Below, piece by piece: positions 45,143-54,867 of a stretch of 64,000 nt of DNA (the first letter of the stretch is position 1; each line of letters opens with the position of its first letter). The stretch lies in the sequence record PZ179883.1. One strand, 5' to 3'. Made by a program: the position numbers and the translations under genes. Under the pieces are notes generated by a model. It made no database searches. It was not told where the DNA came from and saw only the letters and a program-made list of their open reading frames with translations. Source of the stretch: a phage.

Positions 45143-45346
45143 TTAATTCATATTACGCTTAATAACTTCAGCAACTTCTAGTAATTCATCTTTAGTTGCA
45201 GTGTCGGATTGAATTTTATCTCTAATATCTTTAAAGCGGTTTTTAAATTCTTCGGCTTCTCCCATATCGAAAAAGCGTTGAATGATTCTATATTCTCGAT
45301 GAACTGCTTTATCAAAAAGTTCTAAATTTACTTTATATGATTTCAT
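45143..45346 (-). CDS. hypothetical protein
   Basis: 67-aa ORF downstream of an early-promoter motif. Confidence 0.5.
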   Translation of the reverse strand: MKSYKVNLELFDKAVHREYRIIQRFFDMGEAEEFKNRFKDIRDKIQSDTATKDELLEVAEVIKRNMN

Positions 45347-45371
45347 TTCAATATCCTCATTTGCCCAATTA

Positions 45372-45400
45372 ATTATACCACATCCTTGTGGTAAAGTAAA
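45372..45400 (-). promoter_or_regulatory. early promoter (T4-type sigma-70)
   Basis: Minus strand: GTTTACT, 17 nt, TGGTATAAT; between gene 39 and ORF 45143..45346. Confidence 0.55.
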
Positions 45401-47218
45401 CTACTGGCTCATCCATTCTTTACGAAGGTCAGCATTATCTCCCATGAGCATTTCAAAAAGCTCTTTCCAGTTCTCAGGAAGTTTAACAACATCATATACT
45501 GGATTTTGAATCATCTCACGATATTCAGATTTTTCCAAAGAGCCAAGTCCTTTAATATAACGGATGCTATGTTTAGGTAGAGCATCTTTAGCACTCTCAT
45601 ATTCAGCGACTGTATAAAACCATTCTTGTTTTTTACCAATCTGTGCGATGATTACAGGAGTTTTGACAAAGCGAATTCGTCCTTGCTCAAACAGTTCTGG
45701 CCAATTACTAAAAAATCCAAGCAGAGAAGGATAAATGCTTCCTAGACCATCATGGTCAGCATCAGTCATAATAGCAATATTATGATAATTCAAGTTTTCA
45801 GCTTTTTCACCGAGAACTAATCCAGTGATTGCGCAAATATCAAACAGTTCTTTGTTTTTAAGCATGTCAGCATATGACATACCCCAACTGTTGAGAACTT
45901 TACCACGTAATGGATAACCACCATGAAGTTCTTTATCACGAACATCAATAAGATATCCGATAGCAGAATCACCCTCAGTCAAGAAAAGAGTAGTGTCAGC
46001 ATCTTTACCGCAAAGATTCGCTTTAATATGTTTATGAACCTTAGCTTTAGAAGCCTTTTTAGCTGCTTTAGTTTCTGCTGCTTTTTCTGCCGCTAATTTA
46101 CGAGCCAAAGCAGCTTCAATAATTGGCATTAAAATTGCTTCATTATTTAGAATAGCACGTGAAATCTTTTTAGCATCAAGTTGAATATGACTACGGATTT
46201 CACCAAATGGAGAAGTCAAACGCTCTTTAGTTTGAGAATCAAATCGCATGTTTTTCATATCACGGACAAACATAACGATAGTCAAACATTCTTTAACGCG
46301 TGCTTTAGTCACATCAATTTTGAACTTACGTTTGATTTGTGGAATAAGGTCTTCACAAATATCATCCATAACACAGTCAATGTGATGGCCACCATTCTTA
46401 GTGTGAATGTTATTCACATAAGTTAATTGACGAAAACCATCCGGTGAACGACCAACCGCAATAGAGCAATTTTCTTGTTCTTGAACGATAGCATGCTCAT
46501 CATATTGGCGTGCATATTTCTTAAAATTGCCCTGAACCTTTTTACCATTAAAGGTAAATTGAATATCAGGATAAACTACTGCAAGTGTCTGGAGACGATC
46601 TAGTGTAATGTCAAGATAAACTTGGGACAGCTCATTAGTTTCAAATGACATAAAATCAGGAATGAAAGTAACACGAGTTCCTTTCCATTTTCCTGGAATA
46701 GTTTCCCATGATTTATTTTCCATGCCATTTGAACAACGAACTACAATATTATTTTGACCATCACCAGTTTCACCGACAAACATCACAGAAAAAATGTTTG
46801 TCAAACTAGAACCAACACCATTCATACCGCCAGTGACGCGTTCTTTATCATCACCAAAGTTACCGCCTGCTTTTGGAATAGTCCAGGCAGCAACAGGACC
46901 AGGAATTTCTTCACCAGTAGGTGTTTTAACCATCGCCTGTGGAATACCGCGACCGTTATCTTCAACTGTTACTTGATTGTTTTTAATAGTAACATTAATT
47001 TTATTTGCGAATTTAAACTTAGTACGAATACCTTCATCTACTGAGTTATCGATAATTTCATCAATAAGCTTAACAAGACCAGGTACATACTGAACACTTT
47101 CCCATTTACCAAACAGAAAGCGCTCATGCATTTCATTAGCGGAAGAGCCAATGTACATGCCGCTACGCTTTTTGATATGTTCAATATCGCTCAGAATTTT
47201 AATTTCATTCTTAATCAT
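45401..47218 (-). CDS. 39: DNA topoisomerase II large subunit gp39, uninterrupted (covers T4 genes 39 plus 60)
   Basis: Single 605-606 codon ORF with GHKL ATPase N-terminus and TOPRIM C-terminus; no stop, gap or bypass element. Confidence 0.9.
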   Translation of the reverse strand: MIKNEIKILSDIEHIKKRSGMYIGSSANEMHERFLFGKWESVQYVPGLVKLIDEIIDNSVDEGIRTKFKFANKINVTIKNNQVTVEDNGRGIPQAMVKTPTGEEIPGPVAAWTIPKAGGNFGDDKERVTGGMNGVGSSLTNIFSVMFVGETGDGQNNIVVRCSNGMENKSWETIPGKWKGTRVTFIPDFMSFETNELSQVYLDITLDRLQTLAVVYPDIQFTFNGKKVQGNFKKYARQYDEHAIVQEQENCSIAVGRSPDGFRQLTYVNNIHTKNGGHHIDCVMDDICEDLIPQIKRKFKIDVTKARVKECLTIVMFVRDMKNMRFDSQTKERLTSPFGEIRSHIQLDAKKISRAILNNEAILMPIIEAALARKLAAEKAAETKAAKKASKAKVHKHIKANLCGKDADTTLFLTEGDSAIGYLIDVRDKELHGGYPLRGKVLNSWGMSYADMLKNKELFDICAITGLVLGEKAENLNYHNIAIMTDADHDGLGSIYPSLLGFFSNWPELFEQGRIRFVKTPVIIAQIGKKQEWFYTVAEYESAKDALPKHSIRYIKGLGSLEKSEYREMIQNPVYDVVKLPENWKELFEMLMGDNADLRKEWMSQ

Positions 47219-47274
47219 CACTTATCCTCGTTTGGTTTCGGGAATATTATACTCCGGTAATCATAAAGCTAAAG

Positions 47275-47286
47275 GCCCGAAGGCCT
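47275..47286 (-). other. intercistronic UUCG-tetraloop hairpin
   Basis: Minus strand GGCC-UUCG-GGCC between the lipoprotein ORF and gene 39. Confidence 0.45.
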
Positions 47287-47287
47287 T

Positions 47288-47557
47288 TTATTTAAAACGA
47301 ATAGTTGAATCCTTAAAGAACAGCCCAGAACATACTGTTCCTTCTACTTTCTGCCCAGTAGGTCCAATAGCACGAAATCCAGTATGTTGGAAATCATTTT
47401 CAGAACAACCGAACCAGTTATATCCAGTGATTTCAATATTAGTAAAACCGCTTGAAGACAAAACTTTGGTTGCATTATCAGCATCAGTACATCCTACTAA
47501 AGACACTGCTAATACTAATGCCGCGATAGAACGATTAATATATTTCATAATTTTCAC
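47288..47557 (-). CDS. putative lipoprotein
   Basis: Signal peptide plus lipobox LVGC (MKIMKYINRSIAALVLAVSLVGCTD). Confidence 0.5.
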   Translation of the reverse strand: MKIMKYINRSIAALVLAVSLVGCTDADNATKVLSSSGFTNIEITGYNWFGCSENDFQHTGFRAIGPTGQKVEGTVCSGLFFKDSTIRFK

Positions 47558-47925
47558 TTAAATTTAATGGCTTGAAGAAGACTAATAATTCTCAAGCGAC
47601 TTCCTTCATCTTTAACTGTAAAAGAAAGAGGGTCACCAGATTTCATAGTGATAGTGCATTCAAAAGCAAAACCTTCGGGAACTTCTTCGAAGAAGTCAAA
47701 TTCTTCATCATAAATTAGAACATTACTCTGAAAACTGTGAAGAATTTTTCCGTCATTTCCAGATGCTGTACTAATCATTGTAACATTATTACCTTTCATA
47801 TCTTCAACGATAAATTCGCTTGTAGATATTACAGCATTAATAGAACCATTCCTATAAATAGCAGAAAATAGATATTTCTTTTCTTCACCTTCGCGAATGC
47901 GATATTTCTTACCGATTTTAAACAT
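47554..47925 (-). CDS. hypothetical protein
   Basis: 123-aa ORF. Confidence 0.5.
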   Translation of the reverse strand: MFKIGKKYRIREGEEKKYLFSAIYRNGSINAVISTSEFIVEDMKGNNVTMISTASGNDGKILHSFQSNVLIYDEEFDFFEEVPEGFAFECTITMKSGDPLSFTVKDEGSRLRIISLLQAIKFK

Positions 47926-47927
47926 AA

Positions 47928-48104
47928 TTACCCTTTAAGTAAGTCGTAAAATCCGCCATTCACATGCTTAGGGGCAGAGACTAACCGAATAGCAATCCGA
48001 TGACAATCAGGACATACATCAGTATCTCTTTCAGAAATTTTCTTGATTTTTTCGTATTCTTTTGCGCAGTCTTTTGATTGACATTTATAATCATAAAGCG
48101 GCAT
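47928..48104 (-). CDS. small zinc-ribbon-like protein
   Basis: 58-aa ORF with two CxxC pairs (CQSKDC ... CPDC), not in the supplied track. Confidence 0.4.
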   Translation of the reverse strand: MPLYDYKCQSKDCAKEYEKIKKISERDTDVCPDCHRIAIRLVSAPKHVNGGFYDLLKG

Positions 48105-48106
48105 AA

Positions 48107-48520
48107 TTATTCCTTAAAGTGAGCTTTCAACATCTGATACAAGGACCATGCCTGTTCATCATTTTCAATAGTAACTTTCATTACAGGGAATTTAGATTGA
48201 TCAGTTATCGGTGCAGATTCTTCCTGCTCTTCAGCTGCCTGGTATGGATTTTCAACTTCATTAAAGAATTCAGCTTCATTCGATGAAAGCCAAATAAAAT
48301 CTTCATCCAAAATATCTTTACCAGAAGATAGTACTAAATTTCCAGCAAATGACATAATTTTAATAGGACGCCCAAGAGCATCCACATCTAAAATTTTAAA
48401 AGGATGCATACCTAAACGGCGTGCATAGATTCCGTTATCAGTATGGTCTTTAATAAAATTTTCTTGAGCTTGTTTATTTTTAAATTGATACCATTTATTA
48501 ACTTCAAATTTAATAGCCAT
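48107..48520 (-). CDS. hypothetical protein (goF position)
   Basis: 137-aa ORF; identity to T4 GoF not verified. Confidence 0.45.
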   Translation of the reverse strand: MAIKFEVNKWYQFKNKQAQENFIKDHTDNGIYARRLGMHPFKILDVDALGRPIKIMSFAGNLVLSSGKDILDEDFIWLSSNEAEFFNEVENPYQAAEEQEESAPITDQSKFPVMKVTIENDEQAWSLYQMLKAHFKE

Positions 48521-48735
48521 TAATAAATTTCCTTCCAGTAAGTTGTACCATCTTCAGTGATTTCACGAAATACACCGTAAATTGGTTGTTTATCCCCAAC
48601 CTTTTCATACACATAAACCGAAGTCAAGTGAGTAAACTTAGCAGTGTGTTCCTTTTGAACTACTACCAAATCTGGATCGAATAACACATCTTCAAATTCG
48701 TCATTAGTGCAGTTCTGAACAATTTTACGTTTCAT
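48520..48735 (-). CDS. hypothetical protein, possibly Cef
   Basis: 71-aa ORF of T4 Cef length at the expected position; sequence identity not verified. Confidence 0.4.
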   Translation of the reverse strand: MKRKIVQNCTNDEFEDVLFDPDLVVVQKEHTAKFTHLTSVYVYEKVGDKQPIYGVFREITEDGTTYWKEIY

Positions 48736-48907
48736 TACAATTTCCTCGTTAATTGAACATTGGAGCGATGCGTTTCAGAAGAGTAGCAGCACCTTTGGCA
48801 AATTTTCCATTTTATTCTCCAAATTATTTTCTATATCAGTAGTTGATATTGATATAGTACCATAATCAACTACTGATGTATATAGTTTTATGAAAAAATT
48901 TTAAACT

Positions 48908-49399
48908 TTATGCATAGCGAGCTTTGCTGTAGTGTTTAATCCAACTTTCAGGAATGACTTTGTATGTTCCTAAAAATACCGCGTTGTATAACTTAACGCC
49001 ATCTTCTACCCATTGATCAGTAATGTATGCACACATAGCGCGAGTACGCCGAGGAAGTGGTTGTCCACCTTCGATAAATTCAAACTCATAAGGAGCAATG
49101 AACTTGATAGCTCGACCGAGTTTCCACTTAAAGTCTACACCTACATGCGAAGTATCAATCGTTTCAATTCCTTTAGCGGGAACAGCTTTCAAAAACGCAG
49201 ATTCAAGAAATTTCGCGCGAACATAACCAAACTGAGGTTTAGACTTTCCATCTTTAGGAATGATACGCACTTTTACTTCAGAATCTTCATCTTTAACGCC
49301 GTGTTTAAGCTGAATGCTTACAATTTCGACCAATTTTCCTGCTGCTTTAGAACGGGATTTATCAGATACACGAGCAATTTCACCAATATTAATAATCAT
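48908..49399 (-). CDS. hypothetical protein, possibly MotB
   Basis: 163-aa basic ORF at the T4 motB position; shares a C-terminal TDQWVEDGV motif with the next ORF. Confidence 0.45.
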   Translation of the reverse strand: MIINIGEIARVSDKSRSKAAGKLVEIVSIQLKHGVKDEDSEVKVRIIPKDGKSKPQFGYVRAKFLESAFLKAVPAKGIETIDTSHVGVDFKWKLGRAIKFIAPYEFEFIEGGQPLPRRTRAMCAYITDQWVEDGVKLYNAVFLGTYKVIPESWIKHYSKARYA

Positions 49400-49475
49400 A
49401 GTTATCTCTCACTTGTTAAAAAGATTTTATACTCCACAGGACCATTATACTCTGGTCCCAAGAGTTTGTAAACTA

Positions 49476-50021
49476 TTAATTCAAAATAGCTACCACCGCA
49501 CTACGAGGTACTACACTAAAATCTCCTGCATGGACAACGTTCAGAAGCTCAACACCATCTTCAATCCACTGGTCTGTTACCCAACCACAGATAGGATTAT
49601 CAAAAGGACGACGGATAGACACAGCAGCACACAACAGGTCTGTAGGGTCTTGTTCTTCAACTTCTTGGAACAGGATGAACTCATCTTCATAAACCAGGTT
49701 TTTCTTTATTTTGTTATTATCTAACCGGCGACCGTGGATGACGTAAGATTTGTCAAACCACTCACTTTTGGCAAATTCTTCAACAATAAATTCGCCTTCG
49801 CCAAAAACATCAGTCAGAGTTTTATGACCAGAAATCAAGGCATTAGTTTTAATTTTAGGTTCAACCAGTTTGTAGGTTTTGCCGATTTCAATAGCGGTAG
49901 TCATAGTAGGTTCCTTAATTTCCAGTGGTTTAACAGGGCATACATAAGTGCTTACAACATCAAAATCAATCAGTTTAGCTACCGGATTTGGTGTGTATTC
50001 AGGATTATAATTAAATTTCAT
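49476..50021 (-). CDS. hypothetical protein, paralog of the preceding ORF
   Basis: 181-aa ORF; C-terminal ...CGWVTDQWIEDGVELLNVV similar to ...CAYITDQWVEDGVKLYNAV of 48908..49399. Confidence 0.45.
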   Translation of the reverse strand: MKFNYNPEYTPNPVAKLIDFDVVSTYVCPVKPLEIKEPTMTTAIEIGKTYKLVEPKIKTNALISGHKTLTDVFGEGEFIVEEFAKSEWFDKSYVIHGRRLDNNKIKKNLVYEDEFILFQEVEEQDPTDLLCAAVSIRRPFDNPICGWVTDQWIEDGVELLNVVHAGDFSVVPRSAVVAILN

Positions 50022-50023
50022 AA

Positions 50024-50524
50024 TTATCTCATTTCAATAAAATCTACGAGTTCAGCATGGGATTTACGGAACATTACTTGGTGCCCGCCAATGATAACTT
50101 CATCTTCAGGAACTTCGTATACAGCGAGATAAAATCCTTTAGAAGATAATTCTTCCCGCTCTTCTCGTGTGAACCATCTCATCATATCATATTCACTAGC
50201 GAAAGCAAAATGATAAAGAGCTATAAACCATCCTGGAATATGATATTCTACTCCAACATAATCTTTCTTGAACTTAGTATTAATTACTATATTAGCGTTT
50301 TTAACTAATAGTTTATCTTCGTGTGGTAAAGGAATTCTTTTATTATTATCGCTATGATGCATAAAATTAGGTCTGTCATAACCTACGTGTAATAACCACT
50401 CTTCGCTCCATGAATCTATTATACTCCTGTACGGCGTTATTTGAACACAAAGATTTCGACGTATTGTTATAGCATCTTCATAATTAAGAATACTAAAAGA
50501 TGATTCAACACGATAAATTTTCAT
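50024..50524 (-). CDS. hypothetical protein
   Basis: Start at MKIYRVESS with GAGGA RBS; the longer track ORF would begin upstream of the promoter motif. Confidence 0.45.
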   Translation of the reverse strand: MKIYRVESSFSILNYEDAITIRRNLCVQITPYRSIIDSWSEEWLLHVGYDRPNFMHHSDNNKRIPLPHEDKLLVKNANIVINTKFKKDYVGVEYHIPGWFIALYHFAFASEYDMMRWFTREEREELSSKGFYLAVYEVPEDEVIIGGHQVMFRKSHAELVDFIEMR

Positions 50525-50551
50525 TTTATTATCCTCAGTAGCTATGGTGTT

Positions 50552-50580
50552 ATAATACCACAACTAACCGAGGAAGTAAA
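50552..50580 (-). promoter_or_regulatory. early promoter (T4-type sigma-70)
   Basis: Minus strand: GTTTACT, 17 nt, TGGTATTAT; downstream of dexA. Confidence 0.5.
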
Positions 50581-50587
50581 CAACTTT

Positions 50588-51271
50588 TTATCGTTTTGTT
50601 GGAAGAGATAGAGGATCGCACTCTTCTTCTGACGGAGCATCTTCAAGACCCATAGCATATCGCAAAGCATACTTCATCATCAGGATGTCTTTCGCACAGT
50701 CATGAATAGAATCATGCGCAACGAATCCATCTAAAGTTCCTTTTGGAAGAGGACACGTGGTCATATCACGAACAAGCAGAAGTGCTTCAATTCTGGTACG
50801 AATATCACGCTGATTCCAGAATTTACATGGTTCTAACTTAAATGTGTCAAGTTCATTCTCAGAAACACCATTAAGACGTTGAATATCACGAATGAGATCG
50901 ACTAAAATTGGAAAATCAAACGACATTCCACGGCACCAGCCTTGAGATTTCCAAGGATCGATATTATGTGCATTGATGTAATCATTAAATTTCGCAATAC
51001 CGTCGATAGTGCTTACATCTTCATCGGACGGTGCAATATTTTTTCGAGCTTCAGGAGACTGATTTTTCCACCATTCGATAGTGCTTTTAGTAAAAAGACG
51101 ATGTCCTTTTTGGCTTTTTAAATCAAATTTGATTTTAATGCCGCGTGAAACTAATTCATCAAATGTTTCAACTACTTCTGGGTTAGGGTCAAAAGCAATT
51201 ACAGCTAAATCAATAACAGCTGCTTTTTCACCACTTCCCATTGTTTCAAAATCTATAATAAAATCAAACAT
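50588..51271 (-). CDS. dexA: exonuclease A (DEDD 3'-5' exonuclease)
   Basis: 227-aa ORF MFDFIIDFETMGSG... with DEDDh-like motifs; matches T4 DexA. Confidence 0.85.
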   Translation of the reverse strand: MFDFIIDFETMGSGEKAAVIDLAVIAFDPNPEVVETFDELVSRGIKIKFDLKSQKGHRLFTKSTIEWWKNQSPEARKNIAPSDEDVSTIDGIAKFNDYINAHNIDPWKSQGWCRGMSFDFPILVDLIRDIQRLNGVSENELDTFKLEPCKFWNQRDIRTRIEALLLVRDMTTCPLPKGTLDGFVAHDSIHDCAKDILMMKYALRYAMGLEDAPSEEECDPLSLPTKR

Positions 51272-51513
51272 TAAATTTTCCTTGCTAAATCGCGAATTTG
51301 ACCTACAGTATAATCTTGAATATAAACTTTATTAATAGGTTCATCAATAAATTTTGCCATAGATTCAATATCTTTTTGTATTTCTTCAAGACTGTATACT
51401 ATCTTTAAAGCTTTTTCGCGAATAGTAATATTTTCAGGACCCTGATTTTCTTCAATGACAGTTTTAACATTTGTCATAAGAGATTTAAACTGGTACCAAC
51501 TCAATTCAATCAT
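51271..51513 (-). CDS. hypothetical protein
   Basis: 80-aa ORF; similar architecture to the next ORF. Confidence 0.45.
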   Translation of the reverse strand: MIELSWYQFKSLMTNVKTVIEENQGPENITIREKALKIVYSLEEIQKDIESMAKFIDEPINKVYIQDYTVGQIRDLARKI

Positions 51514-51766
51514 TAATAATCGCCTTATAAAGATAGCTAATTTCGCCTAAAATATAATCATTGATTGTAACAGTTTTCACTTCACCACAAAAGAATTCTA
51601 ACGCAATTAAATCTCGTTCAATTTCTTCTAATTGAAGCCTCAACTTACTAGATTCTATTTTTACAGTTTCACGATTTTTGCTATAAGCAATTTCATAAAT
51701 TTCGCTTACTTTATCTTGAAGAAGATAAAACTGATCTTTAGTTATTTCCACGAATAGCTTCCTCAA
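51506..51766 (-). CDS. hypothetical protein
   Basis: 86-aa ORF; likely tandem paralog of 51271..51513. Confidence 0.45.
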   Translation of the reverse strand: MRKLFVEITKDQFYLLQDKVSEIYEIAYSKNRETVKIESSKLRLQLEEIERDLIALEFFCGEVKTVTINDYILGEISYLYKAIIND

Positions 51767-51772
51767 ATTTAA

Positions 51773-53092
51773 TCATACATAAAACACATCATAACGACCA
51801 CGGGTAACACCAACATAAAGAAGTTGTTGAGCCAATTCAGCATCTGCATAATGAATACAAGGCGTATAAATGAAAGCACGGTCTACAGACATACCTTGAG
51901 CTTTATGGAATGTTGATGCAGGAAGTGCTTTCACTTTACTAAACTGTGATTTAGCATCCCAAAAATCACTCCATGGAGCTTTTCCGCCTTTGTTCCAATT
52001 TTTATAAGTTTCTGCCGTTTTACCTAAAAATAGGTTAAACTTATATAACTCTTCATCAGATGAAATTATTTTAATCTTTTCACGATAATATTCATCATCG
52101 CCGTAAGTTTCTACTGTTAAATCCCAATGACGAATTAGATATTCTCCAGGAACGCCACGAGCTTTAACAAATGTTGATGTATACTCTGCTTCTATAATAC
52201 GAACTAATTGTCCGTTATTAAAAATAATTTCTGACACAGGCTTTCCATCAATTTTATATGTTTTAATTAATGGTTCCTGCATTACAATAATTTCACCGAC
52301 AATAAAATCTTTATCAGTTTCAAAAATCTTTTTACGAATAATGCTATTTAACTTATCAACAGATTTATTCGTAAATGCCATTACACGATTTTCAAACAAA
52401 TCATCTAGTGATTTGACGATTGAAAAATAATTTACCATAAAATCGCGTAAAGCGGTATCACCAGTAAATCCACGTACTCCATGCCCGTCAACAATTTTAT
52501 CATAAATCCACTTACCGTTGCGAACATCAGTAGCTACATCAATAATAGGAGCATTACTGCGTTTAACTTCAGTGAGTTCACACTGATAAAAATCTTTGTG
52601 CGTAAAGAATGGACTGATATAAGCAGTGTTTTCTCCTGGGTCAACAGGTCTAATTTGCTTATTATCGCCTATTCCAATTATAGTACACCACGGCGGGATA
52701 GTTGAAAGCAGAATTTTAAATAGCTTTCTATCGTACATTGACACTTCGTCGCAGATTAATACTCTACATTTGGCTAAATCCGGTACTTCTTTTTGTTCAA
52801 AAAGAACGTTTTCTTCGTATGTTACTGGGTTAATTTTGAGAATACTGTGAATAGTACTCGCTTCTTTCCCTGATAGTTTTGAAAGAATCTTTTTAGCTGC
52901 GTGTGTAGGAGCTGCTAAAATAATTCCAGTTTCGCCTGTAGATATTAAAGCTTCAATGATGAACTTAGTAAGAGTAGTCTTACCAGTACCAGCAGGTCCA
53001 TTAATAGTTACATGATGTTTCTTTTCTTTGATAGCCCTCATAACAATGTTAAAGGCATTTTTCTGGCCTTCGGTCAAATCATCAAATGTCAT
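51773..53092 (-). CDS. dda: Dda DNA helicase (SF1B)
   Basis: 439-aa ORF with Walker A GPAGTGKT and SF1 motifs; matches T4 Dda. Confidence 0.92.
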   Translation of the reverse strand: MTFDDLTEGQKNAFNIVMRAIKEKKHHVTINGPAGTGKTTLTKFIIEALISTGETGIILAAPTHAAKKILSKLSGKEASTIHSILKINPVTYEENVLFEQKEVPDLAKCRVLICDEVSMYDRKLFKILLSTIPPWCTIIGIGDNKQIRPVDPGENTAYISPFFTHKDFYQCELTEVKRSNAPIIDVATDVRNGKWIYDKIVDGHGVRGFTGDTALRDFMVNYFSIVKSLDDLFENRVMAFTNKSVDKLNSIIRKKIFETDKDFIVGEIIVMQEPLIKTYKIDGKPVSEIIFNNGQLVRIIEAEYTSTFVKARGVPGEYLIRHWDLTVETYGDDEYYREKIKIISSDEELYKFNLFLGKTAETYKNWNKGGKAPWSDFWDAKSQFSKVKALPASTFHKAQGMSVDRAFIYTPCIHYADAELAQQLLYVGVTRGRYDVFYV

Positions 53093-53400
53093 CGTAAATT
53101 CCCTGCAATTGGTATACTAACAATACGCCCAGTATCTAAAATTCGCCGATATAATCTTTGTGTGTCTACATCAGGCTTAACATGTTTAACTTCTATTTTA
53201 TTAAACCAAAACTTGCGTGGAGTCTCAACTAATCTCGGAATTCCCATACCTAAAGCTAGTTGATACTGCTCTTTAAGAGTTGTAAATACTTTATCAGCAA
53301 TCTCCCTTTCAAAAAATACAGCAGGGCGATGTTCATCAAGAGGAACAGGCACCGCAAATCCATCTTTATCTCTATACACTATCGCATATACATAAAACAT
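53089..53400 (-). CDS. hypothetical protein
   Basis: 103-aa ORF coupled to dda. Confidence 0.45.
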   Translation of the reverse strand: MFYVYAIVYRDKDGFAVPVPLDEHRPAVFFEREIADKVFTTLKEQYQLALGMGIPRLVETPRKFWFNKIEVKHVKPDVDTQRLYRRILDTGRIVSIPIAGNLR

Positions 53401-53401
53401 A

Positions 53402-54148
53402 TTATCCTCGGATAAGTTTAAAAATTGAACAATTTAGCGGGTATCCTCTTTTCAGTTTAAGTTTATCAATAAAAGACAAGTTTTGATACCGCTCTATACC
53501 TTGAATAATTTTATCACACATATCATATTGCATTTCTGCTTCTGACAGCTTTTTCACAGTTTTCCAATCCGAGCCTTTAAGAAGAACGTTCAATTTAACA
53601 ACTTCAGCACCTTCTGCTATACGAGAACCATCAATACGAGCTTTAAGTGCTATAATCGTTAGCTTAACGTCAGAAGTTTGTTTTGATTTAGAAAGCTGAG
53701 AAATGTGCTCAATTCGGTTTTCGCGTTTTTTCTGTATAGCTTTAATTTGATTATAAGTCTTTTTGATTTTAGCCCATTTCTTTTCATCTAAATTTAGTTT
53801 ATGAACTTTTTTCGCAGATGAACGACCAATTCGCAAAGCAAATAAATCACGCTTTTCAATCAACTCTTCTAAAGTATAATCAGAACGAAATGTATTATAC
53901 TTTTTCTTTACTGCAATAACATTCCCTTTAATGTATCCAACGTTATTATCAAAACGTTCTAACGATAATTTCTCTCCTTCAATACGATTATCAAAAGGTT
54001 CTCCTGAGTAAGCGCAAACTTTCTGATCTAAAATGTTCTTAATGTAATTGAAGTCTAAGTTAAAATCTTTAGAACGTCTTTTAGCTGATGCCTGAGTGTG
54101 CTCTAGACGACGTGTAATTTTACGAATTTGATTTTTAGACAGTTTCAT
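53402..54148 (-). CDS. hypothetical basic protein, possibly Srd
   Basis: 248-aa Lys/Arg-rich ORF at the T4 srd position between dda and modA; identity not verified. Confidence 0.5.
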   Translation of the reverse strand: MKLSKNQIRKITRRLEHTQASAKRRSKDFNLDFNYIKNILDQKVCAYSGEPFDNRIEGEKLSLERFDNNVGYIKGNVIAVKKKYNTFRSDYTLEELIEKRDLFALRIGRSSAKKVHKLNLDEKKWAKIKKTYNQIKAIQKKRENRIEHISQLSKSKQTSDVKLTIIALKARIDGSRIAEGAEVVKLNVLLKGSDWKTVKKLSEAEMQYDMCDKIIQGIERYQNLSFIDKLKLKRGYPLNCSIFKLIRG

Positions 54149-54178
54149 ATTTTTCTCACGGACGGGTTAACTACTTAT

Positions 54179-54207
54179 ACTATAACATTTTTACTTCAGC
54201 TTGTAAA
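54179..54207 (-). promoter_or_regulatory. early promoter upstream of the srd-position ORF
   Basis: Minus strand: GTTTACA, 17 nt, TATAGT. Confidence 0.5.
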
Positions 54208-54264
54208 CAACTTTATGAAAAATGCTTTAAAACTTTCATGGTATAATGAATCTAAGTCCTTCCA

Positions 54265-54867
54265 TTATAGATTAAATCCTTCAAAATCAAGAGTATAGAT
54301 AGTGTATGTTGAATACTTTTTATACTCGTATCTATCCGCAATTCTAAATACACTTCCAGCTGGTATCATTACTTCTTGTTCATCTGAAACTAATTCCATA
54401 TTACGATAACGATGGCTATCTGGAAACTTAAAACTCGGACTATATTCTTTACAACGTAGAGCTTTTATAGCATACTCCTGGAAATTAAATACCATAGGAG
54501 CTTTGAATTCAAAAATAACTTGTGTGTTGTATTCTAATCCAGAAGCAAAATGTAGAGCTATATTTTTATCATATGAAGCTGATACTACTTTATCAAATGT
54601 AATAATATCAATTCCTTGATTTAACACTTGCTTAGTCTCAACTGGAACACCTCTCCAAAGAGGTTTATCGTTTGGAACCAAACGAGATTTGATTATTTCA
54701 TTTAACCAAGAGTGGTCGTCTGGCTTATTAGTAATACAATGAATTAAAAGTTCAATTTCGGATAAATTAAATCCTTCAGAAAGTAATTCTTCACGAATAG
54801 AAGCACGCACCGATGCATCCATTGATTTGATTTTAAAATCTTTTAATTGCATTGCTGAATATTTCAT
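54265..54867 (-). CDS. modA: ADP-ribosyltransferase ModA
   Basis: 200-aa ORF with R ... S-x-S ... (Q/E)xE arrangement (LWRGV ... SASYD ... EQEVMIP); position and length as T4 ModA. Confidence 0.75.
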   Translation of the reverse strand: MKYSAMQLKDFKIKSMDASVRASIREELLSEGFNLSEIELLIHCITNKPDDHSWLNEIIKSRLVPNDKPLWRGVPVETKQVLNQGIDIITFDKVVSASYDKNIALHFASGLEYNTQVIFEFKAPMVFNFQEYAIKALRCKEYSPSFKFPDSHRYRNMELVSDEQEVMIPAGSVFRIADRYEYKKYSTYTIYTLDFEGFNL

